A stretch of DNA of 64,000 nt from Octopus vulgaris (GCA_951406725.2 OX597822.1:50716001-50780000), one strand, 5' to 3'. Counted from the first letter of the stretch, positions 25,190 through 38,655 are shown. Translations and numbers: made by a program. The notes: generated from the letters alone by a model not told the origin.

Positions 25190-27155
25190 TCCTTAAAATA
25201 AAGCAACAATCATTTGAGAATCTTCCGTGTATACGATTTGGATGATCGCGGTTTCAGTGCCTCAGCTGAAGTCTATGAACACAGCATCAAACTTAAAAAA
25301 GTATCAGGAGAATTATGGGTGGAGATCAACCTTGAAATTTGCAAGAAAGAAGGTGACTTAATTTCAGAAATATCACGCCAATATCTCATTCAAGCAGGAC
25401 CTCTCCAGTGGTGAATAATAACATCTTAGACATCTGGTTTACCAAAGATGTAGAACTTATCCACCACGTGAAGCTACCACTGACAATTTTCTCAAACTAT
25501 ATCATGATAGTATTGACGGTGTGTGATCTAAAACGAACTAATAATGTATTTCGCACCGATGGCATCCAAACCCAAGCCAATCTCAGCTTTTACACGGCTG
25601 ACTGGAAGTTCAATTCAAAAACAGATACTCAAGGCATATTGGCTGAAAAGATCCACTTTCTAAGGAACTTAAATAATTCATGTCAATAACGTGAGTCATG
25701 TGCGTTAAATATATAAAGAGTCAAAACATACGCAAGCATCGTGTCTTGAAGCAGTATTGCCCTTATGAGACGTAGAATAAATAGCAATCCTAGAAATCGA
25801 TAATACACCCAGATTCTACCCTGCCGAAGAAATGACAGAAAGAAAAATCAGGAAAGAGAGAAATTTTAGAAATGAATCCTAAAGTTTTCTTCATGTTTGC
25901 GAAATAATCCCCCTCGCTGCACTCTAAGATAGGGCCATTGCTTGAAGGAAACGCCTCACTAACTCATGATACGTTAAATAGTAAAATAACAGTTTTAAAA
26001 TGTTTTCATATTTCAAATGTGAAATATGAAAATAGGCGTCTATTCAACACCACAGATCTACATAAGAAAGAATTACTTATCGATTATATCGACATAAAGG
26101 ATGATGATGTAACAGCAGCCATTGGTGATATGAACTCGAGCTCAGCATCGGGCTCAGATGACTGTCTGGTTATTCTTTCAAAGACATGCAAGAAATCATT
26201 CGCTGTCCAAAAGGGAGGGACAGGCCTCTTTCTCTAACGTCACACGTTAGCAAGTTCGCGGAATGCATAGTCAGAAGGAGGCTGATCATGTAGGAAGGAG
26301 GAAATAACTTGTTCACAGACTTGCAACATTCCTTCCATGCAGGGAGGAGCTGCCTCTCACAGGTACTACAGCATTATGACTGGGTACTGAAACAATAGCT
26401 GAACCACTCAAATCTGGATATGACTATTCTTTACTTTGGCAAAGCTCTTCGACAGAACTGACAAGAGAAGATATGTCACAAAGATGATATGTCACAGAGA
26501 TGATATGCATGACGTTGGTATAGCTGGAAGACTAGGAGAGTAGCTGCATGGCGTTTTAAAATGCAGAAGTCAGATAGTTGCAACCAAGGCTACTCTTTCT
26601 GAGGAAAAATTCAGTTTTTAACGGAGTCCTCCAGGGAACTGCCCAAAGACCACTGCTAATTATAGTGGCTCTCTCCAACACACTCTAACACACTCTCAGT
26701 CATGCAGCCAATAGTGATGATACAAAAGCATCACTGACAGTCAAGAACCATCGGGACATCGTAAAAATGCATAAAAACTTGAATGAAATATACACGCGGG
26801 TTGGTGAAAATAACATGATGAGAAGTTCACAGACTGACTAAAGGAATATGAGGAAATGAGTTTTAGTTTTCAACATAGTTCTTCTTGCGTCCCGTACAAC
26901 ACTTCCATGCTGAAGAAACTTGCATCCTGCATTCCCAGCTTCCCATTCTCGACCCAGAAACAAATTACAGTCGGAATACACAAAACCATGAGGTAGCAAA
27001 ATCTCAGAGTTAGAATCAAGGCGTAACCTGAGAAGCAACATGAGTAATGATGTATCATTCCATGTACATATTGCCAGGATAGCGACATTGCAGACAAGTG
27101 GCTGATTTGAATCTGAGATCATTCAGAACCACGGAAAGGGATACTATACTACTCC
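25190..27155 (+). mobile_element. Heavily degraded CR1/L2-group LINE ORF2
   Basis: NNILDIWFT, NPKVFF, ASGSD, GRSCLSQVLQHYD, GVLQGT..PLL remnants scattered across frames. Confidence 0.75.
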
Positions 27156-27216
27156 TATAGAGAACTTTCGTTTCTTGTCATACGCACACGTGTGTGTCTG
27201 TGTTTGTGTTTGTGTG

Positions 27217-27248
<32 letters not shown>

Positions 27249-27594
27249 CGTGTGTGTGCGTTTGTGTTTGTGTGATGCCTCAAACGTTCTCGTGCGCTCA
27301 AACTTCTAATAGTCTCCTGATAAGTATTTCCTTTTGGATATGTGTAAACACGCATTGGGGATATAATGACATCACTGGACCGTGGGGCAAATGTGTCTCT
27401 GCGTGGTTACGTCTCACACGTCCCGTATACTGAATTCATCATACACTGCCTTACTGGAATTATAGTTCTAGTATATAAGAAGTACAAACTCTTAAGTTGC
27501 CAGAGTTTGTAAAGCTTTGATGGGCTAGAATTTAGTAAATAGGGTCGGACGAAGCAGTGTTGATTAGCACATAGACACATAAAAATTTTGGCAC

Positions 27595-27945
27595 AATACT
27601 TCCTCACAACATCATAAGTGGAAAGTGTAACCTCTCCAAGGAGCTGTTCTTCACTCCTGCTCCAGAGTGTCGGCTGTGGGGTCATTCCGAAAAGCTCTAT
27701 CTGCGATGATTTCATCTCAATCGAAGGAGAGAGGCTTTCTCCGTCCGGGTTGCGGATCCGTGGAATAAGCTGCCGGACGAGATGGTGAAGATGCCGACGA
27801 CCGCTCGGTTCAAAGTATCCCTTGACCACAAGTGGCCTGAACTCTTTACATGAACACCACCCTGTACATAACTCCATGTCCCCCTACATGGCATTGCTTT
27901 TTTTGCTTTTTGAGCCAAAAAATTAACTAACTAACTAACTAACTA
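27595..27945 (+). mobile_element. CR1-like LINE 3' end with (CTAA)n tail
   Basis: FHLNRRREAFSVRVADPWNKLPDEMV..FKVSLDHKW, then UTR and aactaactaact. Confidence 0.85.
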
Positions 27946-29118
27946 ATACTGTAGAATCCAGCAAAAAAGACCTTTCGGTGTGTACATATTTCTTTTTAGA
28001 CAATATGCGTGCAAACATATTGGAATATGAGAGACATCAGATCGTGGATGATGCAGCAATAAATTTACATTTATCTAATTCCATTTGCTTAATTTGAGTA
28101 CCCACTATGTAGCTAGCAATTGAATTTAAATATTAAATAAAACATGGAAATTAAATAGAATATGAAATTTACATGAATGGCATAATTGTTACTTTAGGAA
28201 TTGTTAACAATACATATTTTGCGTTGCTCTATAATAGATGCCAATAATATGAATGTAAAACTTATGCTCAAATGTTTATTATTCATAAACCTCATATAAT
28301 AGAATACAATAATATACAGAAAGAAAAGAAGTTTTTGAAAAAATATCATTTGTAATGAATATAATAAAATGTAAATATAACGTTTTAATGCGGTAATAAA
28401 TTTAGTCGTCAATACAAGGAGAATCTGCATGAATACAGAAGAAAAAGAATTTAAAGCAGCGTTATATGCAAACAATTACTAATATATAGAAGTTCAGAAT
28501 GTGGCAAAGTATTCTCAGACAAACAACTAGAAATAATAACAATATTACATGGAAGAAGAGAGTGAAGATACTATAATATATGTTCGTGTTCGTTATCTTG
28601 TAGGATTTGTGAGAATAGACGAAAATTTATGTGTTAGGCTGTATTTATCTATAAGTAGCTTTAACAATTTTTTTTTACTATTATTGATAGTAGTTAACGC
28701 GCTAAAACCAAAATTCCCTGGCAAACGACTATTAACATGTGCCCAATATATTATATACTTCAGGTGTAATGTAAAACATTCTCATTGCTGCATGTTAAAC
28801 AGCATTATCAAAATAAGAAAGGTGTAGCTTAACATTATATCTGAGGGAAATTAGTATGATTCCTTTGGCAACGTGCGAATTACTTCTGAGTCCTGTATAT
28901 AGTGGTTGAACTTTAGCGTTTCTCTATAAGGCAGCAGAGTTTATATAACTTCCAATAAAAACGAGCAGTAAATTTGGAACTTAAATATTCAGTGACGCAA
29001 CATGAGTTATTGTTCAGAAATATTTAAAGGGCCGGCACTCATAGATGAGAAATAAGATTTCTCGAGAAGCTGGAAACATTGCATATTCTTTAATAATTGA
29101 AAAAATGACGTAGTTACT

Positions 29119-29957
29119 TATAGCGCTCTGATCAATAAGTATCCGGACCGTTGCAATAGTAACGAAGCTAATGCCCGGAGAGTAAAACTGCTTGACACAA
29201 ATTGAGCTTAATGTCAGCCGTACATCGCAATAATTTTGAACGCTCTAGTTCACTTCCACTGTTTACAACGATGCTTGGAAGATAGGTAGATAGCGTGTGA
29301 TCGTCACATTCACGATGACAGAGAAAGTTGAATAGAAAATTTACATTAAATTTTACAAGAGGCTTGCTGATTGCCCTGAGGCCTACGGAAAGTGTTTAAA
29401 AGTTTTCATATTTCTTTACACAATCCAGAAGATTTTGTACAGCTGAAACCTGAGTGCTTTTTTTCAAATCTTCAGTGATAACGACTGAACTGAACCGAAA
29501 CTAATCTGTACATACTCTGAAAACTAACAGGTGGTCATTCGATGATTTCCTCTCACTGCTGCACGCACCTCTGCAATGACTTTCTCAATTCTGCTAGTTG
29601 CGGGTCTCTCAGAACGTTTTTCAATATCGAAATTTTTTCGGCCATCTTGGAAACGTCGGTAATGTGTGCGTACAAATGTGTGCGGCAGATACACTTCTCT
29701 CAATACAATTTCTACAACTTTGTGTCGGCCTCCAAGCAAGTATCGCCATGACAACTTTCTCTGTCATAGTCAAGTAAACGATCACGTTACACACCTTCCT
29801 TCCAAACTCTACTGTAAACACCTGTCAGTTTGGACGTTAAGACTTAGAGCGCATGCACAGCAGAGTGTAAGGTCAGTATTTACCAAGCAGCGTACTCTGC
29901 AGGCATTATATTTGTTACTATGTCGATGGACCGGATGCTTATTGATCAAACCTCGTA
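29119..29957. mobile_element. Non-autonomous mariner derivative with two inverted 5' arms
   Basis: TIRs tctgatcaataagtatccggac / ccggatgcttattgatcaaacctcgta; MTEKV start on both strands; HTH relic RRFQDGRK..RSERPATSR on minus. Confidence 0.88.
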
Positions 29958-31614
29958 TGTTGCCGTTCTAAAGGTGCCAAGAATAGAAAGATCCAAGCAA
30001 ATTGACTAAAATTATTAGATTTATAGACTAAAAGTAGTAATATAATCAGTGTTTTGCATTTTTGTCCTTGTGGAAATTAATGTTGTGCATTCAAACATTA
30101 CTCAATGGTTGTGCAACATCCGTACTATCAAGGCCAATATTGATCATTACCTGTTAACATCCTCTGAAGAATTAACATTTAATTTTTACAGAATTTTATG
30201 TCTTGCTGATGAAGTACTATATACTAAATATGAATAGATGTTTTTATTAAAAAATATGTTTAATAATTTCAAAGCTTTACTGTTCCGTACTACATGTTAA
30301 CTATATGAAGCTGATAGTATGAAATATTTCTTTTTAAAACAACACTGAAATACTATTCGATTGAATAGTAGCCCTCTTTTTAGTAATGGGGGTAAAACTT
30401 CAACTCTTTTCGCACAATTCTTAGCAGTCTTCATGCAGTGTCATGTAATTAGAAATGTTCTCTTCCACAAATGTACACTAAAGTCGTGTGTTACTCTACA
30501 CAGATTTGCATTTGTTATACTCCCTACGCACGCTTCACCATTATGGTCATTTGGAGTTCTGCGATAGGAGTCACCAATGCATGATAGCTTGATACAATAA
30601 TCACATGATAACGTGACACTTTAAAGCGTTCCGCACGGATCCGTTATAGTTGAACATTTGTATGCATTTGGAAATTATATCGTAGTGCTTTATGTTAATA
30701 ATCGTAAAATGCGTGTAGGAGCGTTAACGTAATTCGTCTATACTTGTAAGTAATGACATTTATTTAAATCTTTCACTACCAGAAATACTGGATAAGATAC
30801 TTTAATGGTCATCCATGAGGTGGTTTTCCTCCGTTGCACACCAGCTAAAAAAATATTATATTTAATATAACAAAACCAATGTTTCTCTTTAGCACAGTGC
30901 TAATTTTAAATGAGGTTAATATTCGGTTGCCCTAATTTTATTCCCTTAGAAGGAATTTTGTACATTTCCAATTTTCTTCTTAAATTGAGTTGTGTTCCGA
31001 CAAAGCAACAGAAAGGGCAAAGTAGATTTATGCGAACATAATATTAATTACGAACTGAATCCTCCAAATGAAACAGAAAATACGAGCAGAAATAGTAGGC
31101 AAGTGAGAAAACAACAATACTTTGTGCATTCTCTTATTCTTTAGACTAGGACAATAACGTTTATGAAGTAAGTTGAAAGAAAAATGATGCTCTACAAAAC
31201 TGTAACACAAGCATTATAAAAATGTCCATAGAAAAGCGACCGGCTACACTCATACACACAATATATCTAAAACAAGGTAGATGTATGCGTATTGCTTTCC
31301 AAATCATAATGTTTAACTTTAATGTTGGTCATAGAATGTGCTTCATTCCAAATTTTCCATCACAATCATCCATCCTGTTATCAAAATACAGTTTCAGCAA
31401 TACAGTTATGTGCATATATCTGTGTGTCTGTGTGTGGGAAAATTAAATAATGCATGAAATATATATGAATATATAGGTATGTTATGTATATCTATGCATA
31501 TATGCATGTATTTATATGTATATCTATGAATATATATGCCCATGAACACCCACATAAATATATATATGTGTGTGTGTGTATGTGTATGTACGTATGCACA
31601 TATGTGCTTGTTTG

Positions 31615-31995
31615 TGGAGGCGCAATGGCCCAGTGGTTAGGGCAGCGGACTCGCGGTCATAGGATCGCGGTTTCGATTCCCAGACCGGGCGTTGTGAGTG
31701 TTTATTGAGCGAAAACACCTAAAGCTCCTCCAGTTCCGACAGGGAACGGTGGCAAACCCTGATGTACTCTTTCACCACAACTTTCTCTCACTCTTTCTTC
31801 CTGTTTCTGTTGTACCTGTATTTCAAAGGGCCGGCCTTGTCACTCTCTGTGTCACGCTGAATATCCCCGACAACTACGTTAAGGGTACACGTGTCTGTGG
31901 AGTGCTCAGCCACTTACACGTTAATTTCACGAGCAGGCTGTTCCGTTGATTCGGATCAACCGGAATCATTGTCGTCGTAACCGACGGAGTGCTTC
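31615..31995 (+). mobile_element. Full-length tRNA-derived SINE
   Basis: A-box tggcccagtgg, B-box-like gtttcgattcc, body shared with 58150-58445; direct repeat tatgtgcttg on both flanks. Confidence 0.9.
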
Positions 31996-32201
31996 CTTAT
32001 ATGTGCTTGTATGTATATGTGTGGTTTGTATTAGAAAGAATGAATGAACTGGCAAAACGTGGTATTACAATAGACCAAAAAATTATAACTGAAACATAAT
32101 TGTAGAGTTGTTGCAATGGAGTTGCTGGAGTAAAAGTTGGCATATAAATATGAGAGTCAGAAGTTATCAGTTTCATCGTCGAGCTAATTTCCTACATTAA
32201 G

Positions 32202-32232
32202 GATATTCCTTCATTTTTCGATGATGAAACTG
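32202..32232 (+). CDS. Candidate 31-nt exon (DIPSFFDDET, phase 0-1)
   Basis: gctaatttcctacattaag|gatatt...gaaactg|gtaagt. Confidence 0.45.
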
Positions 32233-32730
32233 GTAAGTACCTATATCCTTTATTAAGAATATTCCATAATTCCTCCTCTCTGAAGATGGGATAGTTGGTT
32301 TCTAATGGAACTCTTCATTTACTGAGTTTATACACTATGACCTCATCTATTATAGATACTACTGTAAGAGATTTTATGCATATGTTACTCAATTATTTGT
32401 TATAGCTTTTAATCTAACAACCCGTTGGGAAAAACTATGGTTACGTTTGCAGTATAGATTCCATGCTTTAAAATGACACCACCTATTTTGCCTGTTCATT
32501 ATTTCTTTCTAATATATATCTACTGGCTAAATTATGGCGTAGTTATAGCCTTTCATTGCTAGAGGGCTACAATACCACTTTTGTTATAGCCGCCGTTGAA
32601 GTCGGAGTTTTAGTCGAAAATCAAGCTGAGCACTTACTCTATAAGGCTATTACCTTACGTACTTACACGTAATTTTATTTGAATCACGATTCTTCCTCTC
32701 TCTTACTTTCAATCTTTATGCTCACACATA

Positions 32731-32782
<52 letters not shown>

Positions 32783-33306
32783 TATGTATATACATACATA
32801 TATATTTGTGTGTGTGTGTGTGTATGAGGCAGAGATAAGATCTATGTCTATATCCATTAGGTGTACATACATACTTAGGTAAAGAGAGAGAGGAGGGAGA
32901 CAGACAGACAATAAAAATGATGGAAGGCAAGAGACAATCGTAACATAAATCGTATTGGAACTTAATTTGAAAGAAATAGTTTTCGTACTCCTCACAAGTT
33001 CTCTATTGTACGGTTTCCAATATTAAATGAAACATGTCATCACTGACTACGTATTGAAGCACCAAAAGACGAGTAACTTACTTTTAAAAATACATTCAAT
33101 AATAAAAAGAAATCTGACGTAGGCTATAATACAATAACGATCATCTATCAAAAGGTTTAAGTAGACTATATTTTGCGAGAGAGCGATAACATACTGGAAA
33201 AAATTTAAATTAAAATGTCATTCTATATAGAAATATTTTAATGCATATACACACTCACTCTCACACGCACACATACTCATACACTCATACATACATACAC
33301 ACACAG

Positions 33307-33338
<32 letters not shown>

Positions 33339-33742
33339 AAACTACAGAGAGATTGTGAAATCCGATATCAAAATAAAATCAGAATTAATGATTTAATAAG
33401 TCATAAAGTTACTACTACAGAATGCAACGGAATTGTATTCACTAAGATTCTTCTCTCGTAAATAATCTCCCTTCGTGAAGGAAATATTAATATCTGTTTT
33501 GTCAAACAATATGGAGTTATTTTGCAGTAAACACACACACACATATATGTGCGTGTGCGAGTGTGTGTGTGTGTGACTGCTTGTGTATATGTATATATGT
33601 ATAAATGTATGTACTTTTACTTAGGTCGATTCATCAATTAAAATTCTCCAAGGGAATGCCCCATCATGGCACCAAACAAATGATTGAACCAAGATAAATG
33701 ATAAAAGATACACACACACATGCACACACATATACATACATG

Positions 33743-33843
<101 letters not shown>

Positions 33844-33963
33844 CATAAATATAAACTCTTGGGCAGGATATTTGAAATATCAATTCTTCCTTACATACAT
33901 ACGCGCACAAAAAAACACGCGCACACAAACACGCACACACGCACACACACATGCACACACACA

Positions 33964-34002
<39 letters not shown>

Positions 34003-34006
<4 letters not shown>

Positions 34007-34260
34007 TGTTGTATTTGGGGATGGTCATGTTGCTAGTTTAGCCAATATGGCTGACCATTAGTAAGGAAAGACACACAAATAAGAAAGAAGAAATCAAATG
34101 ACCACTGATGCGGTCACAGAGGAAAGACGAAATAACTCTAGCGGAAATACGATTAATATAAACATTTGAATAAAGCTGCAGCAAATTAACACCAAATATA
34201 CAGTGTGTGTGTCTTTATTGGCTAAACTGGCAACATGACCGTCCCTAAATAGTTCAGTAT
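34003..34260. mobile_element. ~260-bp element with ~45-bp terminal inverted repeats and an internal hammerhead-like motif
   Basis: atactgttgtatttggggatggtcatgttgctagtttagccaata vs tattggctaaactggcaacatgaccgtccctaaatagttcagtat. Confidence 0.75.
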
Positions 34261-34354
34261 CTGTTTCAGCACACGATTTCGCATCAAGAATCTTGCAAAA
34301 CGAAGTACAAGGAGAAAGCAAACAGGTGTGAAGATGGAGCAATCACTAATATAG

Positions 34355-34423
<69 letters not shown>

Positions 34424-34424
<1 letters not shown>

Positions 34425-35461
34425 CGGTTAGTATTCTTCACTCCACTCTTACCACCTCCAGTCACTACAAACACACAGACTCCCACTCATACCTCAACTT
34501 CTCTTCCTCCCACCCAGAACACACCAAGCTTTCCATCCCCTATTCCCAATTCCTCCGTCGACGTAGGCTCTGTAGTGACGACCATGACTTTGAGACTCAG
34601 TCTCAACGTATGGCTCACCATTTCACCCTACGTGGATACCCCCTCACCACTATCCACACCGCCCTTGCCAGAGCACGGTCCGTGGACCGTGTATCTGCTC
34701 TCTCTCCCCGAACCCGCCCTGTAGTCTCCCGCCTCCCTTTTCCCCTCACTTACCACCCCACGACCCTACGTCTCCAACGCACCATTCTTCGAGCTTTCCG
34801 TCATCTCCAGTCCGACCCGTCCACTTCACACCTCTTCCCTAACCAACCCCTCCCCTCTTTCAAACGAGCCCACAACCTTCGAGACCTTTTGGTCCACAGC
34901 TCCTTCCCTGACCCTACCTCCCAACCCGGCTCGTTCCCCTGCTCCCGCCCACGTTGCCGCACTTGCCCTTACCTCTCCAACACCACCCGCCTCACTAGCA
35001 CCCACCATCGACCCTATCCCATCATCCACTCCTTCACCTGCACCTCCAGCAATATTATCTATTGCATCTCTTGCTCTCTCTGCAATTCCTTGTACATCGG
35101 ACAAACGGGACGCCGCTTGGCTGACCGGTTCGCGGAACACCTTCGTGACATCCACCTTGCAAACGACACACCGGTCTCACGCCATTTCCGCTCCACCGGT
35201 CACTCCTTGCAACACCTATCTGTGTTCGGTTTGTCCTTACACAGAGGCCATCCGGATTCCCGTTTGCGCCGTGAACAGGAATTAATCTTCTCTCTTCGCT
35301 CTTATACGCCATTTGTTCTCAACTCTCCCCCTCCTCATCTAACCCCCTCTCCCCCTCCTCACCTATCCTTTCCCCCCGACCCCTACTTCTTCAGTCCTTC
35401 ATCCTTTCACCCCTACTCCCCTTCCCTTCTTCCCTCTTTCTCCCTCCCTCCTTCCCTCTGA
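34424..35461 (+). pseudogene. Penelope-like ORF remnant: RT thumb and GIY-YIG endonuclease (uninterrupted, no start)
   Basis: YKHTDSHSYLNFSSSHP..SIPYSQFLR; CSRPRCRTC; FTCTSSNIIYCISC..C..LYIGQTGRRLADRFAEH. Confidence 0.92.
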
Positions 35462-35579
35462 TCCCTCACTCTCCCCTTCTCTCTCCCCCTCCCCATCTCT
35501 CCCCCCTCTTCTCCCCCTCCCCCTATTCTCCTCACTACACCACACGACTTTACACATCACATCATATATGATGTGCCAT

Positions 35580-35920
35580 TCTAATACATACACCAACTAA
35601 TACATACTAATACGTACTAATACATACTAATACATACTAATACATACACCAACCCTATACATACACACGTCCAGACCCCTCATACGCACTTATACTCTCT
35701 CATACACACACACACACACTTATACATACTAATACGTACTAATACATACTAATACATACTAATACATACACCAACCCCATACATACGCACGTCCAGACCA
35801 ATCCTACGCACTAATACTCTCTCTCTCACACACACACACACATACACACCCTTATACATACTAATACATACACCAACCCTATACATACACACGTCCAGAC
35901 CCCTCCTACGCACTATTAGC
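35580..35920 (+). repeat. ~120-bp unit minisatellite (3 copies) with (ACTAATACAT)n subunits, inside the PLE 3' region
   Basis: actaatacatacaccaaccc-atacatac-cacgtccagacc at ~35636, ~35758 and ~35860. Confidence 0.85.
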
Positions 35921-36087
35921 TGGTCCTTCAACCCTATTATCAACCCTATTATCTCCCCTTATTTCGCTCTCGCGTCTCATGTTTGATCTTTGACCTCTGG
36001 CCGAAATCAGATCGCCATGTTGATTCGTTAGCTACTGCACGCATTTTTTTTTCTCTCCTTCATTCTGTGTTTTTTTCTCTCTGTGTA

Positions 36088-36125
36088 TCTTTCTGTTGAA
36101 GAGCGTAGGCTCGAAACGTTAAAGA
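36088..36125 (+). ncRNA. Minimal type-I hammerhead motif in the PLE pLTR (CUGUUGA variant)
   Basis: UCUUU-CUGUUGA-A-GAGC(GUAG)GCUC-GAAA-CG-UU-AAAGA. Confidence 0.72.
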
Positions 36126-36244
36126 CTTGTTTTATTTATATTTCCTGAAGGCCATACTAATACAATTGTTCGTTTGTTTTCCACCTGCCTTCGTCTTTTG
36201 TCTATTTTCATAAAGCTTCCCGTTATATATATATATATATATAG

Positions 36245-36450
36245 TTAATCCAAACATGAACAAAGAGAAAACACAACACGAAGGCGTAGAACAAGTATAG
36301 GGTCTTTGGACGCACAGGAAAGGAAAGAAAAAAAGGAATATTTACCGTTCCGTGCGGAGCTCGTCTTCAGAAACATAGAAAAAGGAGAGGTCCGTAGAAG
36401 GGAAGACGAGGAAAGAAAATCGCCAGCGATACACACGCGGTCACACATTG
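36245..36450 (-). mobile_element. Short pLTR-like element, same family as 43490-43690, with decayed hammerhead at 36340-36374
   Basis: acaaagagaaaa-acaacac...gtagaacaa-tatagta...aaatcgcca-cg-tacacacgcggtc shared; minus strand CUGAAGA...GGAAC. Confidence 0.75.
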
Positions 36451-36832
36451 TATATGTGCGTGTATATAGAAATAAAAACAATAATTTATAAAAAACAATA
36501 AATTACAAACAATAAAAAACAAAAATTATAAAACCAATAAAATATAAAAATTAAGGTTGAAAGGAGATAAGAATGTTAATGCAATAAAAATGGCGCACTT
36601 ACAAGTAAAAATGAAAAAGGAAAAATGAAATTAAGTTGCTTGTTATGGGAGGTGTAGAGGCAGTCAAGAGGAGGAGAGAGTTGTGTTTGGTCCGTGCGGG
36701 ATAGTCGTCTCTAAATTAGATATACCGCTGTTTCAAGAAGCAAAAAGCGAACGTATTCAGATGACCACACACGTATAAACATAAACATACTGTGTGTGTA
36801 TCTTTTATCATTTATTTTAACCTCTACACCAC

Positions 36833-36876
36833 GGGCATATGGCGTAGTGGTTAAGAGCGCAGGCAGTTAACCCCAA
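36833..36876 (+). mobile_element. Truncated tRNA-derived SINE head
   Basis: gggcatatggcgtagtggttaagagcgc A-box region that runs into (GAA)n. Confidence 0.6.
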
Positions 36877-37043
36877 GAAGAAGAAGAAAAAGAAGAAGAA
36901 GAAGAAAAAAAGAAGAAGAAAAAGAAGAAGAAGGAAAAGAAGAAGAAGAAGAAAAAGAAGAAGAAGAAGAAGAAGAAGAAGAAGAAGAAGAAGAAGAAGA
37001 AGAAGAAGAAGAAGAAGAAGAAGAAGAAGAAGAAGAAGAAGAA
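36876..37043. repeat. (GAA)n tract, ~165 bp, with a pure 3' half
   Basis: Direct read. Confidence 0.97.
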
Positions 37044-37092
37044 GATCGAAAAGTACATTAGGAATGAGAACCCAGGTTCGAAGTTTCCCCAA

Positions 37093-37135
37093 GACACCTG
37101 ATGAAGGCTGGAGGGTATATCAGCCGAAATGTGCT
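37093..37135 (+). ncRNA. Hammerhead motif with damaged helix III, inside a ~180-bp element (37044-37222)
   Basis: GACAC-CUGAUGA-A-GGCUG(GAGGGUAUAU)CAGCC-GAAA-U-GUGCU. Confidence 0.6.
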
Positions 37136-37829
37136 AACAACAAACAAGATGAGGACAAATATCCTTCAAATGTAAATAATGTAAAAAATGCACATAATTC
37201 TTCATCTTTTAATTATAGAACTGTAATCTCAATGCTATTCGAACGCTGATGATTTTGTTAGCCTGAATTAAATACAGCACATTTTTTGAGACCCTACCCT
37301 GACAAATGTTCCGAATCACAGAAGTCATTTAAAGTAAATATTGATCGCTTATATATCTTTGATGGGTGGATATAGTCAAGTGTGTCGTTCCAAGTGCTTC
37401 ACTAGTTTCTCTTAGATATAACTCATAGGAATCGACTTGAGAAGAACTTGCTGTCAGGAGTTAAATATGCATAAATAACTTCTGAATAATATTTTGTAAC
37501 TTCAGCCAACCTGTTCCTAGAAAGTAAAATCATTAAATTGAATTCATATATAAATTTATGCAAACAATTCCATCAATACTACAGAGAGCAAATTTATTTT
37601 TTTAAAGATAATGTATTTGAAATTTGACCAAATATTGTTTATCTAAACTTAGGAAAATCAGAAGAGCAAATATTAACACGGAAGATGTATGCGATTTAAG
37701 TGATCAATTACACAGACGAGACGATAACTTCCAAGAATGAAGAGACTGATGAGAGAGGATGTGCTTATCGTTTCCATCAAAACTGCTATTAAATATGACA
37801 GCAAAAGCTATCAGGATGTGCTACAGATT

Positions 37830-38060
37830 CACTACCACCACTGCCGCTACCACAGCACCAACATCGACAACATAACCAACATAACCACCACCACAACCAT
37901 CATAATCATCGTCGACGTCGTCGTCATCCAACATTGTCGTTGCTATCATATCATCATAATTATAATCGTTATCATCATAGCCGCCATCAGCATCATCGTC
38001 ACCATCATCATCTTCGTCATCATCGTCATCATAATCATCTTTGTCGCCATTGCCATTTCA
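37830..38060. repeat. Degenerate (CAC)/(CAT)/(CGT) trinucleotide tract
   Basis: Direct read. Confidence 0.85.
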
Positions 38061-38559
38061 TGAGCGACCTAGAAGTAGTAGTCGTTTATATATTTCAAGC
38101 TTGTATGGAATTTGAAGGGCACGAACATTATTAGGCGACGTGAAATAGCACTATGGATAACAGATGTTTTTGCGTACAGGGTGTTCGTGGGAATCAAAGC
38201 AATTTTATGTCAAAATAATAGCAATATAATAATGAAAAAAGACAAGATAAAATAATATTTGATGTCGTACATATTTAGAATCCCGACTTTTTCTATCTTT
38301 TATACAATATGAACTAATTGAGGATTAGCTCGCCAAGTGAAATATTGGGTCGCCATTAAATATCGTAGAGTAGCAACACATCCCCCAATTCACACCTTTA
38401 TTTACTTAAGGCTTAGGAAAGTTTTGACTAAATAATCACATATCTAAACAAAGGCAAAGGTAAGATTGTCGTGTTAAGATGTATGTTGACCATGGTTCTG
38501 CGTTATTGGACCAAACATTGTGTCCAAAGACGAAATAGAATGCTTCAGAAAACTACAAA

Positions 38560-38655
38560 TTTACACAAATTTACTGTAACTGCAGTCACTGCCTATAAAT
38601 TTACAATAACCGGAGTCACTGCTTATAGATTTACAATAAATGGAGTCACTGCCTA
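38560..38655 (+). repeat. 30-bp minisatellite, ~3 copies
   Basis: aaatttac...agtcactgc(c/t)ta repeated three times. Confidence 0.85.

Larger units (their letters stand above)
34424..36223 (+). mobile_element. 5'-truncated Penelope-like retroelement (Neptune-like) inserted in (TA)n, with 3' pLTR
   Basis: RT thumb, Cys linker and GIY-YIG ORF; pyrimidine-rich UTR; minisatellite; hammerhead-bearing terminus; (TA)n on both sides. Confidence 0.92.

Noticed and set aside
30719-30745. 27-nt candidate exon with gtaagt donor
   Set aside because: The acceptor lacks a pyrimidine tract, and its only open phase (2) does not fit the neighbouring candidates
31615-31690. tRNA gene
   Set aside because: The tRNA-like head continues into a repeated SINE body also seen at 58150-58445; no proper acceptor stem or terminator
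35580-35920. CRISPR-like repeat-spacer array
   Set aside because: The spacers are themselves homologous and low-complexity; eukaryotic minisatellite with no cas genes
37737-38134. Membrane protein or His-rich ORFs
   Set aside because: Derived from a degenerate (CAT)n tract
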